A DNA stretch of 64,000 nt, taken from NCBI GenBank assembly GCA_951406725.2, contig OX597826.1:54994001-55058000 (forward strand), in the 5' to 3' direction. The DNA is from Octopus vulgaris (Eukaryota). Shown here in pieces: positions 12,781 to 25,345 of this stretch. Each line of letters starts with the position of its first letter. Positions within the stretch are counted from its first letter, which is position 1. A model generated the notes under the pieces. It ran no database searches. It was not told where the DNA came from and was given only the letters and a program-made list of their open reading frames with translations. Made by a program: the position numbers and the translations under genes.

Positions 12781-13008
12781 TGTGTGTGTGTGTGTGTTCT
12801 CTTCGATTCGAAGTCACTGCCAATATTTTCCTTGTAAAAGTTTAATAAACATGTACTCTACTAAATGTATTTTCTAATCCTTGAGTTTAATATTAAATTG
12901 ATTTTTCTTATATATATAACTTGACATGAAAGCTAGTGCCTACCTCTCTCACTTTTTCTTTGACTGTCTGTCTGTTTGTCTTTCACTTTCTCTCCTCCTC
13001 TAGCTCTC

Positions 13009-13091
<83 letters not shown>

Positions 13092-13946
13092 TGTGTGTGT
13101 ATGTGTGTATACAGATGTACATATACGCATACGGTTACTGCTATATGTTTTATTTCTGGTTTGTCTTGTTGAATGACGTCGGTATGCGTTGAAGCAAAAT
13201 TTGGAAAATTTTGGATAGGTTTTTCTGCAATGCAACACAAATATTCCATCAAACTACGACTATAAATTTTGAGCCGTCAGCTTAACGTTCGCAGCAGAGA
13301 TGCAACCGCGTTACAAACCAAACCAACATCATTCTTGTGTTGGACACATTTTGCTGACGGGCAAAAAACCAAAAATTAAAAAAAAATTATACAACAAAAA
13401 ACAATTTCTCTCTAGCAACAGTATAATTTTTTTTTCTCTCCCAGTCAAGATTTCCGGTTGTAGTTATTTTTTTTTATCTCTCCTTTCTTTTCCTCTTTTG
13501 TCTCTTCAATGATTTGATGTTCAATCAAATTTTCATCAAGGTGATTTTCCCATATTACTGGCAAAGAAACAAAACAAAAGCCCCCATCTACATGATATCG
13601 GTTACTCATTGTGCGTGATTATTAATCAAGAACTGTCTCTTATCTGTATGTCAGTACGTGACAAACTATTGTCCTCTCCTTCAGTGATAATGTAAATTTT
13701 ATTTTATTTTATTGTAGTTCAGTTTTGTGAGGGAGGTTTATCTTTTCTTTTTGTTTTGGTTTGTTTTGTAAATGATTTGAAATTAGTTAAACTAAGGAGA
13801 AAATGATTGCTTCTTTTTCTTAAATTCACTTATTCGGTTATTTCTTTATTCTCACCGCGTGGTTCTGAATATTTCTAGCGAAATTACACACACACACACA
13901 TACACACACACATACACACACATACATACATACATACATACATACA

Positions 13947-13978
<32 letters not shown>

Positions 13979-14263
13979 GACAGACATATATACATACATA
14001 CAGACAGACATATATATATATATTTATTTATATATATGTATGTATATGTATGTATAAATGTATATATATATGGACATATATCTACATATATATACATATA
14101 GATAGAAAAAATGTATTATATATATATGATACATATGTACATATATATACAATACACATACACACGCACACACACATATAGATAATATATGTAATACACA
14201 CATATACACGCACTCTATCTCTCTTCATATAAATATGTATATGCGTGTGTATGCATTAGCAAG

Positions 14264-14294
<31 letters not shown>

Positions 14295-15159
14295 ATGTGT
14301 GTGTGTGTGTGTGTGTATGCATGTACTTGCGGAGACACACGTATATTTACACAAACATAGAAACCAACTATACACGAATAAATAACGAAACAAAAGTTTA
14401 AATGAATAACTAAATAAGAATGGAATAGGTTTTGAATTAATCAAAACTAAGAGGTTTAGATATTCTTTATCTTCAACGAAATCTACTTTAAGTTTGGTGT
14501 CTGTATTTTTTTCTTTTCATTGTAACTTTGTTTTTACCTTCACTCCCCTTTATCTTCACAAATTCTAAGATTGTCAGATTGATCCGTTATGCTTGAATGA
14601 TTTGAATTTCTAAGTGTTAAATAAAAAGTTACCGAAGAAACAAACGTAAAAAATAGATGGTTTTAAAAGTGTTAACTTTACAAATGTAATTTTAATGAGT
14701 TTGAGAAAATCTTCTTTAATAATATTTTCTTCATATTTTTCTATTGAGAAATAACAATTCTTTATTTTAACTAAACTCAACAATTGTAGTTAAAACACAA
14801 TTCTAGAGTGAATTAACAGATGTTATTGTCACGAATGTAGCACAAATGAATCCGGAGTTCCGAGCACCAATTATAGTACGAATTACAAAGACTGTGAGAA
14901 AGAAAGAGATTCGCTAGCTGTCTAGTATTTCCTTTATCGTCCTGCGTGAATTCGTAGCCCCGAATCCCAGATATAGTACGAATTACGAGGACTGTAATAA
15001 AGGGAGACAATCAATGCTATGAAGCACCATATCTACTTGATATTAATTCAATCAGCTGGAAACATAAACAATGAATTTTATCCTGATTTGATTTGAACAC
15101 AGGAATTAAACGTATTATAAAACAGATGTCGTTTATCTTTTTATTTTTTCAAATATATT

Positions 15160-15520
15160 TCAGTCGTTTTGACTCTGACTATGTTGGGGCACCGGCTTGA
15201 AGTCTTTAGTCAAAAAAATCGGTACCGTTATTTATTTCTTATCAATCTCTCTATTTAGTCTACCATCGTTCTTTTTTTTTTTTTTGCTGGAACACTGTGT
15301 TACGAGGACGTAAACAAACCAACACCTGTCACCAAGCGGTGTTGGGGAAAACAGAAATACAAAGACACACACACAGACACACAAACACACATTGATAAAC
15401 GATGGTATTCTCTCAGCTTCTGTCCACCAAGTACACTAATAAGGCTTTACTTAGCCAGAGGTTGTGGTTGTGGGCATTTACCCAAGGTGCAACGCAAATT
15501 TCTCAACCAAACAGCAATGC
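15160..15520 (-). mobile_element. Old, degenerate family A SINE
   Basis: Fragments GACGTAAACAAACCAACACC, CCCAAGGTGC and CTCAACCA match the A consensus. Confidence 0.6.
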
Positions 15521-15580
15521 CTACGTCTTATATTACTTTCTCTCAAAATTATAGATTTTAGTGAAGGTATAACGTTAAAT

Positions 15581-15830
15581 GTGGAGGCGCGTGGCTTAGT
15601 GGTTAGGGTGTCAGCATCATGATCGTATGATTGTGGTTTCGATTCCTGGACCAAGGTGACGCGTTCTGTTCTTAAGCAAAACACTTCATTTCACGTTGCT
15701 CCAGTCCACTCAGCTAGCAAAAATGAGTAACGCTGCGATGGACAGGCGTCCTGTCCAGCTGGGGAACACATACGCCATTGAACCCGGGAAACCGGGCCCA
15801 TGATCCTGGCTAGGCTTTGAAGGGTCGCAT
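15581..15830 (+). mobile_element. SINE family C, full length with (TTTA)n tail
   Basis: GTGGAGGCGCGTGGCTTAGTGGTTAGG A-box and GGTTTCGATTCC B-box; TSD-like TATA(A/T)CGTTAAAT at ~15568 and ~15867. Confidence 0.9.
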
Positions 15831-16268
15831 TTATTTATTTATTTGTTTATTTATTTATTTATTTATTATATCGTTAAATATAACGACTTCAGTAATCCAT
15901 TTGCATTTGTTGTATCGCTCCCCAAATGGCAAAATACTTAAACCATATTGTTGTGTTTGGGAAACCACAATCTAAAGGACAGTCTCAAAATACCGCTGAG
16001 AATTTTATCCAGTATTCTACTGTTTCTCCCAGTTCAAATCCTCGGAGACCTACATGACATTTATAATAAAGAAGCCAGCAAAAACGGCAAAGCTGGCAGA
16101 AGTATTCACGCGTTATTCAAAGAACTTAGCGGCATTTCTTTTGTGTTCAAAACCTGTCACGGTCAACTTTGCTTTTCAGCCATTCGGGGCTGAAAGTACA
16201 AATAACGAACTGGCGGCAACTTAATCCACTTGCTATGTTTCCTCATATTGGCTGTCCTTATTCTAAAC

Positions 16269-16690
16269 TTACTCTTTTACTCTTTTACTTGTTTCAGGCA
16301 TTTGACTGTGGCCATGCTGGAGCACCGCCTTTTAGTCGAGCAAATCGACCCCAGGACTTATTCTTTGTAAGCCTAGTACTTATTCTATCGGTCTCTTTTG
16401 CCGAACCGCTAAGTTACGGGGACATAAACACGCGAACATCGGTTGTGAAGCGATGTTGGGAGAGGGGAAGACAAACACGGACACACAAACATATATACAC
16501 ATACCCACAGATATGTATACATATATACGGCGGGCTTCTTTCAGTTTCCGTCTACCAAATCCACTCATAAGGCTTTGGTCGGCCCGAGGCTATAGTAGAA
16601 AACACTTCCAAAAGTGCCACGCAGTGGGACTGAACCCGGAATCATGTCGTTCGTAAGCCAGCTACTTACCACATAGACACTCCTACGCCT
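16269..16690 (-). mobile_element. SINE family A, full length
   Basis: Reverse complement of 20321-20741; ends in (GTAAAAGA)n. Confidence 0.9.
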
Positions 16691-17436
16691 ATAAAGAATT
16701 GTTATGAAGCTCCTAAAGGCGTTGCGTGGGCAGAATCTTTGGTGCGTCGGACAAAGTGCTGAGCAGCATATATTTCCCGCTCTTTCCGTTCTGAATTCAA
16801 ATACCAACGACGTCAATTTCGCTTTGTTTTTTTCCTTCTTTCAGGGACGATTAAATAAAATACCTGTCAAGTACTGAGGTGGAAGAAATCCAGTTGTCCC
16901 CCTCCTTCAAAATTGCTGTCCTTGAATCAGAATTAGACAGAAGAATTACGAAGTCACTAAATTTCAAAGTTTATAAATATTCATTCTCAGTTTACTGAGA
17001 ATTTATCCGTCTCAGATGTGAATTTTATTCCATCGTTGTTTACAACAAATATTTGTTCACTTTTTAAATGCTGAATAATTTAAATAATTATTTAGCATAT
17101 CTTTGTTATTTACATAATCTGCTATAAGTGATTCTTACTTAGCCTTTTATCCCTCCGGGGTCGATATATTTAAATACCAGTCGAGCATTGAGGTCGATAG
17201 TATCGACCAGCTGTTTCCTCTACGAATTACTGGCCTTGTGCCTAAATTAGAAAACATTAAATTTTTATTCTTTTTCGCCATCAGGGAATTAGTAGTGTCA
17301 TTTGAGCGGCGGATAGAATGTTTCACGATATTTATTCCGATACTTGACTCTTTGAGTTCAAATCCCACAGGGGTAAACGTTGCATGTCATCTTTCCAGGA
17401 TCGATAAAGTGTGGGTTGATAGAAATGTAAGCACGT

Positions 17437-17922
17437 GAAGGTGGCGAGCTGGCAGAATCGTTTGCACGCCGGGCGAAATTCTTAGCGGTATTTCGTATGC
17501 CGTTACGTTCTGAGTTCAAATTCCGCCGAGCTCGACTTTGCCTTTCATGCTTTCGGGATCGATAAATTAAGTACCAGTTGCGCACTGGGGTCGATGTAAT
17601 CGACTTAATCTTTTTGACTGTCCTTGTTTGTCCCCTCTATGTTTAGCTCCTTGTGGGCAGTAAAGAAATGATATATTATTTCTTTATTTGAAGGCGGTGA
17701 GCTGGCAAAAACGTTAGCACGCCGGGCGAAATTCTAAGCGGTATTCCGTCTGCCGCTACGTTCTGAGTTCAAATTCCTCTGAGGTCGACTTTGCCTTTCA
17801 ACCTTTCGGAGTCGATTAAATAAGTACCAGTTACGCACTGGGGTCGAAGTAATCGACTTAATCCGTTTGTCTCTCCTTGCTTGTCTCCTCTGTGTGTAAC
17901 CCCTTGTGGGCAGTAAAGAAAT
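17437..17922 (+). mobile_element. Two complete family B SINEs in tandem inside one 16-bp TSD
   Basis: TAGAAATGTAAGCACG at 17420-17435 and 17923-17938; heads at ~17438 and ~17691. Confidence 0.9.
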
Positions 17923-18034
17923 TAGAAATGTAAGCACGAGAGTCCGGATGACTTGCGGTGTCTGTAGCGGCTCTTTGCATCCCGAATTCAAATACCACTA
18001 TGGCCTAGTTGTATATTTGACATTATACGTGAGC

Positions 18035-18360
18035 CAGTTTAACACTATTACCTGGTTAACTCGACTCCACTCTAGTGCAAGCTCTTTAATTTGAGGATAC
18101 GATCCTCTCCCTCATCAGCCTTGGAGGCCGTATACGAATCATCGATGCTGCCTTGAATCCGGACTTTCAACCATAATTGATCCGACTTATGGCTGAGCGA
18201 TTCTTAGTGTTGACTATCCTGTCCTTTAATTTCAAATCAAAGTGTCTAGGATTACATTTCTCGCACTTCCTCTGTATAACAGAGTCTGGTTTGAGGAAGA
18301 TATATCTGTTATATCTAGTAGTTGAGAAATAACCTAGAGGCTTTTATATTGGTTCGTTAA
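18035..18360. repeat. Degenerate dispersed repeat (family E), also at ~22440-22590 and ~53140-53345
   Basis: Shared motif GATTTG(A/G)..GATTTGG.TG.TATTTCTAG with similar upstream segments. Confidence 0.45.
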
Positions 18361-19507
18361 GTTTCAACGATGTGAAAAAGACAGTCAAAACTAACTTCTA
18401 AACATGTCATGAATTGGTATGATTGTTTGGAAAGGAAGTCTTCAGTCATGCCCCAAAGACTCAAGACATAACAATGTACTATGAATAATGGTTTTTATAT
18501 GGAAATTAGAATCTAGAATTACATTCTCCAAAATGAGAATACTAAAGCTACTGGGTTTTTACCATAAAACATCCTATTAAATTATGAATTAAATAATTAT
18601 AGTTTTATGCAATAGGTACTATGCTTTACAAGTAACATTTTGAGACAGAAAAGAGAAAGACCCCTACAGACGAGAGTATGTTGTAATATATATAATATAA
18701 TTGCTAATGCAGTCGCCCACCCGGCAATAAATACGTGTTTTGATCCCCGTTAATGGGTTTGATTCTCATAGCCGTTTGAAATTGGTGTTTATAATGTCTA
18801 CTGTTATACTAGTAAATTCTAGTATCATATATCAAAGTATCTAGGCATACAGATCAATAGGTTAACCTTTCAGCTTCAATGCTATTCTATCACATTTTTA
18901 TTATTTTATATTATTTGTTTTTTATCCTGGTTTGTCTTAATAATTTCTATATCCATTCTATATCTATTTCTCACCCTGATATTACAATGGGATGATCAAT
19001 GATATTACTGTTCTGCATGATTATTGCTGAATAATAGATACAATTTGTTCTTACGTAATTTTGGCTACTGAATCGAAAAATCATATTAGCTTGCTATATA
19101 GATTTTCATACAAAGAATTGTGTTTGAGTGTTAAGAAATTAGCCGGGCTATAGAGAGCCGTAGCGAACCGAGATAATATAATCTTTCTTTATACATTTTT
19201 ATCAATGTTACCAGTAATTATTCCTTCATATCTAAGTGTTCAATTCAAAATTCTTTTATATTCTAAACAACATAGCATCATATACGTTGCAGACATGACT
19301 GCGTCATTAATACGATGTAGGCATGGCTCTGTGGTTAAGAGGTTCGTTTTTAAAAACAACTTGGTTTTAAGTTCGAAACCTTCATATCATATACTGGACA
19401 GTCATCTTCTAATATAACCGCGGTATGGTCAGTGCATCGTGAACGGAATTTCTTAGACAGGAGCTACTTATTATTGTGTGTATGTATATACATACATACA
19501 TACATAC

Positions 19508-19567
<60 letters not shown>

Positions 19568-19570
<3 letters not shown>

Positions 19571-19975
19571 GTTTCAAATTTTGGCACAAGGCCAGTAAGT
19601 TCAGGTGAAGGGGTAAGTCTGTTACATCGACCCCAGTGCTCAACTGGTACTTGTTTTATCTACCCCGGAAGGATGAACAGTAAAGTCGATCACGACAGAA
19701 TTTGAACTCAGAACCTAAAGACAGACGAAATGCCACCGCCTTAGTAATAATAATGTAATAGCTTCAAATTTGGCCGAGGCCCTATAAGTCCGGAGGTAGG
19801 GGTAAGTCTATTACATCGATCCTAGTGCTCAACTGGTATTATTTTACCAACTCTGAATGATGAAAGCAAATCGATCTCGACTGGCTTTGATCTAAGAATT
19901 CGGAAAGTAAAAATAAGCTGAAAAAATATCGTAAGATATCTTTTTCGACGCCTCAATGATTTTGCTAGTTCCCCT
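19568..19975 (-). mobile_element. Two family B SINEs (tail 2); the first abuts (TAA)n at 19510-19568
   Basis: GGTTTCAAATTTTGGCACAAGGCC tail and ATCGACCCCAGTG core. Confidence 0.75.
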
Positions 19976-20119
19976 TCTTTGTATGCATACCTGTTATTAA
20001 CTCCGTTAGCGACTCCTTTTTAATCTCTTTTCATCGTCCCAAGAGAAGTAATATGGCAGTGATTAATATCTCACGGAATAATTTCTTGCTGGCGGCCTGT
20101 CTGTGTGAAATTTGCTACC

Positions 20120-20251
20120 AAACCATATGGTTCTGGGTTCAGTCCCGCTGCATGGTACCTTGGGCGAGTGACTTCTACTATAGCCTCGGGTCGACCGAAG
20201 CCTTGTGAATGGATCTGGTAAACTGAAAACAGAAACCGAAAGAAGCCCGTC

Positions 20252-20291
<40 letters not shown>

Positions 20292-20741
20292 TACGGGCTT
20301 CTTTATATATATATATATAAAGGAGTGGCTGTGTGGTAAGTAGCTTGCTTACCAACAACATGGTTCCGGGTTCAGTCCCACTGCGTGGCACCTTGGGCAA
20401 GTGTCTTCTACTATAGCCTCGGACAGACCAAAGCCTTGTGTGTGGATTTGGTAGACGCAAACTGAAAGGAGTCCGTCGTATATATGTATATGTATATGTG
20501 TATGTATACATATATATGTGTGTGTGTTTGTGTGTCTTTATTTGTCCCCGCCCAACATCGTTTGGCAACCGATGGTGGTGTGTTTATCTCCCCGTAACCT
20601 AGCGGTTCGGCAAAAGAGACCGATAGAATAAGTACTAGGCTTACAAAGAATAAGTGCCGGGGTCGATTTGCTCGACTAAAGGCGGTGATCCAGCATGGCC
20701 GCAGTCAAATGACTGGAGCAAGTAAAAATAGAGTAAAAGAG
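20120..20741 (+). mobile_element. Family A SINEs: head fragment ~20120-20255 and full copy 20321-20741
   Basis: GGAGTGGCTGTGTGGTAAG..GGTTCAGTCCCACTGCGTGGCACCTTGGGCAAGTGTCTT; internal microsatellite; tail GTAAAAGAG. Confidence 0.9.
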
Positions 20742-20779
20742 AGGATATATTTAAGTGTGTGCGTGTGTTAATAGATATA

Positions 20780-21009
20780 TATATATGGTTCTTTCAACAT
20801 CTGATCTCTTGAGCACGACCAGCTCAAATATTTTTTCCTCTGTTTTCCCTTCTTGGGATCTTTCCTTCTCCTTGTTTCCGACGAAGAGCTCCGCTCGAAA
20901 CATTAAACCCTCCTTCCCTTCTTTCCTGAGCGTCAATAATACTTTAAATATTCCAAGTCCTGCGTTGGTGTGTTTTTTTTCTTTTTTCTGTGTTTTCTTG
21001 TTTGGATTA

Positions 21010-21013
<4 letters not shown>
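20780..21013 (+). mobile_element. Short Penelope-like terminal element ending at (TA)n with an HHR-like motif
   Basis: Pyrimidine-rich leader, motif at 20874-20908, T-rich trailer, then (TA)n. Confidence 0.55.
20874..20908 (+). ncRNA. Minimal type-I hammerhead ribozyme-like motif
   Basis: RNA GUUU-CCGACGA-A-GAGC(UCC)GCUC-GAAACAUU-AAAC: stem I GUUU/AAAC, stem II GAGC/GCUC; core U4C. Confidence 0.6.
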
Positions 21014-21080
<67 letters not shown>

Positions 21081-21177
21081 ATATAAATTAAATTGATATT
21101 AATATTAAACTGATATTAATCAAATAAAACCAGTGGCTTAGCATATTCAAAAATTTCGAAGATTAAAAATTATATTA

Positions 21178-21671
21178 CATACAAATTAAGAGGAATGACC
21201 ACCAAAGTGGTTTCCTAATATGCTAGAGATAGACGTCAAATCGCCTTACCACCAAGCGTGTGTTCTCAAGAAAATTTCAACAAACGCCAGAATGTAAAAA
21301 ATGAGCGAGGCAAATGAGAATATACGAAAATGAAGACATTTGTACGATACCCACAAATATAAAACACAGAAGTTTATACATGCCCTCTTTCGGGTGAGCG
21401 TTCTGTGTCTAGTTCTGGAAATTGTGTTTTGTAAGCGACAGACTACGCTGAGGAGTTTGCAGATATTTACATTCGTAAATATTAACAAACGAAACCACGG
21501 TACGAAGGTAATCAGTTTTTATTTCGTATATTTTCATTTGTCTTGCTCATTTTTACATTCTGGCGTTTGCTGAAATTTTCTTGAGAGCACACTCTTCGTG
21601 ATAAGGCGATTTGAGGTCTATCTTCAGTATATTAGGAATCCACTTTGGCGGTCATTCCTCTTAATTTGTAT
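21178..21671. mobile_element. Fold-back/MITE-like element with ~155-bp terminal inverted repeats
   Basis: 21179-21330 (ATACAAATTAAGAGGAATGACC..GAATATACGAAA) is the imperfect reverse complement of ~21521-21671; spacer ~190 bp; TA-rich flanks. Confidence 0.85.
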
Positions 21672-22108
21672 ATATGTATATATATATATATTCACTTACG
21701 TGTGTATATCTTTGTGTCTGCGGTTATCCCTGATCACAGATTGACAAATGATGACGGTGCCATTACATCCCCGTAACGTAGCAGTTCGGCAAAATAAATC
21801 GATATACTAAGTACCAGGCTTAAAATTAAACAAAATATAATACTGAGTTTCATTCACTTGGCTAAAATTCTTCAACGCAGTGCTCCAGCATGGCCGCACT
21901 AATGACTGAAGCAAGTACAAAAACAAAATATGTAATCAGGATATCAATCGAATGGTTCAGTGATACTTAAGTTAACTTCTGATTTACTTGGTCTGAGATA
22001 AAAATGATAAAAATGTTGCTCTTGTTGCGATTGTGGTCGCTTATACCAAGGTAAAACGTGATCGAGAAAGCCTATGCGAAAAGATGTCCCAATTCTGACC
22101 ATCTAGCT

Positions 22109-22436
22109 CCAACCTGGCCAACTCGAATTGCATTGCCGGCCACAGCAAGATTTTGGAGTACCGTTTTTATACTTTATACACTAATAGTAAAATAAAAATC
22201 AAATTACAGAATCAAGAATGTTTCATACTTTTTGTTTGTTTAAAATTATGAAGATATTGCTTTATTGCCACTTACCAATTTTAAATTTATTTTGAAACTA
22301 ATGTTTTGCTCAAACAATTCTATTTTGAAATTAAACACAGAAAGGGGTCACCCATTTCAAGAAAGTATCAAGCAAGCCGAAAGATAAAAGTCTGCGGGAT
22401 ACATGCAGCCCGCGAGCCTCAGGCTGGCCAGCCCTG
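22109..22436. mobile_element. hAT (Charlie-like) MITE
   Basis: 8-bp TSD ATCTAGCT (22101-22108) / ATCTAGAT (22437-22444) of NTCTAGAN type; termini ..CTGGCCAAC / GCTGGCCAGCCCTG. Confidence 0.6.
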
Positions 22437-23149
22437 ATCTAGATCAACTTTCATTTTCAGAGATAATGTATTTACAGGTATTTTATCGAAAGCATTCTTT
22501 TATATTTTATGCTGATGGAGTAAGATTTAGAATAAATTTGACTGTTATTTCTAGCATGTCGTTCAAATACATAATAGCTGGTGCTTGTCGTAAATCGCTG
22601 TTGCCATTTATTAAACCTTAGACTGGCTTTCTTCGTTCATAATAACAGCAAAGATCTATATATGAACATCTGTTGAATGAATGGAGACCTTTTATTGAGA
22701 ATACGAATAGAAATCAGAAAAATGTGTTTTTTTATTGCACAATCAAAGTAACCTGGCAACAGATTCAGTTAGTCATTGATATTACTGAAGGAATGTTAAG
22801 CACAATGAACCGCTAGAGGTTACGAGTTTGCTGTAGTCGGAAAAATATTTCATATTTCTATGTTAACTATTGATCAATAGTAAATGTTCAGAAGTAACTG
22901 AAGAAAAGGTTATATACTGGAAACATTTGTTTCTTTCATGAATGAATTAACTGCAAATATTTTCAATGATTGCAAGCAGTAATTTAAGGCGGGCCAAAAC
23001 AAACAGCTCTGTTCTTTTGTTTATTTCATGATCACGTGCTATTACTATACAATAAAGAAATTTGTTTCTATTGCAACAAGTTCTTATTTATATTACGTTC
23101 TACTCACACAGTAAAACCGCAAATTTATATACATTAGATATTACATAAC

Positions 23150-23520
23150 TTTACTTGTGACCCCTTCGATCATGAATGACAATGGGATTGCACCTAGAAA
23201 GTTACCCTCCGAAGCACAAGTCTGGGTAAGCTTGTTTATGGAAGACCAGCAGTCGCCCATGCATACTAGCCTCCCCCTCTCCACGCCACCGATGTTATCC
23301 AAGGGAAAGTCAAAGGCCGATACAGCTTGGTCCCAGTGACATCGCAGCTTATTTATTAACGTGCAAGTGGCTGAGCACTCCACAAACACGTGTACACTTA
23401 ACGTAGTTCTCGAGGAGATTCAGCATGACACAGAGTGTGACAATGCTGGCCCTTTGAAATACAGGTACAACAGAAACAGGAAGGAAGAGTGAGAGGAAGT
23501 TGTGGTGAAAGAGTACAGCA
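23150..23520. mobile_element. SINE fragments: RTE-5'UTR-like segment (~23150-23352) and family D 3' part (~23357-23520, -)
   Basis: GGCCGATACAGCTTGG.CCAGTGAC.TCGCA motif; 23357-23460 is the reverse complement of the tail at 44040-44150 and 23470-23520 matches 63177-63225. Confidence 0.6.
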
Positions 23521-24421
23521 GTGTTGTAGTAAAGGAATATGTATTTTATCAATTTAAGCATTTCCCTCGATTACCAGATGTGTAGTAGTTAATAACAAAT
23601 GGCCTAGTAACACACAGCAGGTTTGTGTGTTTGTGTGTGCGTGTGTGCGTGTGTACGAGAGAGCGATAAAGAGAGAGGAAAATAAAGAGAGTGAGAGAAA
23701 AAAAGGGAGAGAAAGAGAAATTGCACATGACACGAAAGTTTCCTTACATCTACATCGATGCACTGCAACTGGATTCGATAAGCTGTAGCACATCGGCCGT
23801 TGCATAAGATCTTTCCTAAGACTACCCATTTTCAGTGAGAGAAGACAAGATTTGAACTGAGAACGGAGATATCCAAAACAAATACCATAACGCAGCCAGT
23901 CCAACGCTCCATAAATACCTCTTATTCACCTTCCTGGATTGTCTCTAAACTGACCATGAAAGGCAATAATAATCTCAGTAGGATTTGAACGTTGAACCAT
24001 AAATTGGAAATTAGTGCTTGATAACTTAGCCAACAATTCTAACGACTTTTGCCATTCCAGCACCTGTATTCTGTCAATTAATATAACAATTAGGCCTTGT
24101 GCTTGAACAGTGGTCTGCCTGTCGGACCAAAAGCTTAGCGGCATTTCTTTTGGTTTTAAATTCTGAGCTCAGATTCTGCCGGAGTCAACTGTGCTGTTCA
24201 ACCTTTCAGGATCGATGAAATAAGTAGAACATGAGCACTGGGGTTGACATACTTAATTAGTCCACTCCTCTCAAAATTTCAAGCATTGTGCCTGTAGTAT
24301 AAAGAAATATCCTTTCAAGGATCGCTAAAATAAGAACCAGTTGAGCCTTGGGGATCGATGTTATCGACTAAACATCTCCGACTTGAATTTCAAGCCACGC
24401 ACCTATAGAAGAAAGAATTAA

Positions 24422-24658
24422 TATAACTAATTGATATATACACTGCCAATTAACATACAATATATTTACATACAGGCTATCAATTAATATAACAACTATT
24501 AATTGACATATACACTCCCAATTTATACAACTATATATATATTAATTGATGTATACATTACGAATTAATACAACTATATATTAATTGCTATATTCATTAC
24601 TAATTAATACAACACTATATTAATTGATGTATATAATATCAATTAATATAACAACATT
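24422..24658. repeat. AT-rich ~38-40 bp minisatellite (~6 degenerate units)
   Basis: Repeated ATTAATTGA..TATACA...CAATTAATA(T)ACAACT. Confidence 0.75.
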
Positions 24659-25035
24659 TATCAGCCGGAAGCAGAAGTGGTACTTTGTTTCTTAGCCTAC
24701 AAGAAATAGTAAAGAAATCTTCTTCAAATATATATATTAAAAAAAACTATTCTTCAATAAGTAAGATCCCATCGAATACGCTTTAAAAGCCGAGATGAAT
24801 GTGCTTCGAAAGCTTTTGATCAAAGGGGTGTTCAATGAAAATTGATCTATTTGTTAAATTTCAACAAAAGAATTTAGAGTGGCAGAGTGGCCGTGTGGAC
24901 AAGGAAAAATAAAAATAAAAATAATAGCTGAGAAGATGGTCAGTTTTAGTTTGTGATATGGCCCTGACGAAACCGAATAATCTCCAGCGGAACAGAGAGG
25001 GCAAAGTCAGAACAAAACACTCCTATAAAAATAGT

Positions 25036-25345
25036 CTGGCTCTCCGTCGGTGACGACGAAGAGTGTTCCAGTTGATACAATCAACCTAATATCCTGCTAA
25101 TGAAATTAACGTGCAAGTGGCTGAGCACTCCGCAGATACGCGATACATGTAATTATCAAATGGATTCGAAGTTACACACTGTGGGTGACAAGGCTGACTC
25201 TTTCAACAACAGGTATAACTCTTTTTGCCAGATGAGCGAACTGGAGCAACGAGAAATAAAATGACTTGCTCAAGGATACAATACGCCACAGGGAGTCGAA
25301 CTCACGGCATTAGGATTCAAAACCGAATACTCTGGCCACTAAGTA
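25036..25345 (-). mobile_element. Degenerate family C-head SINE with tail Z
   Basis: Reverse complement resembles 43897-44217 (CTGGAGCAACG, TTGCTCAAG, GTGCAAGTGGCTGAGCACTCC). Confidence 0.7.

Noticed and set aside
15581-15655. tRNA-like sequences with A and B boxes (also 43897, 63300, 20321)
   Set aside because: They are SINE heads continuing into CORE/body sequence, with no proper acceptor stem or terminator
19510-19600. Idea that SINE B tail 2 is mobilised by the Dong LINE because it abuts (TAA)n
   Set aside because: On the SINE sense strand the tail is (ATT)n, opposite to Dong's (TAA)n, and no clear 3'UTR homology is visible
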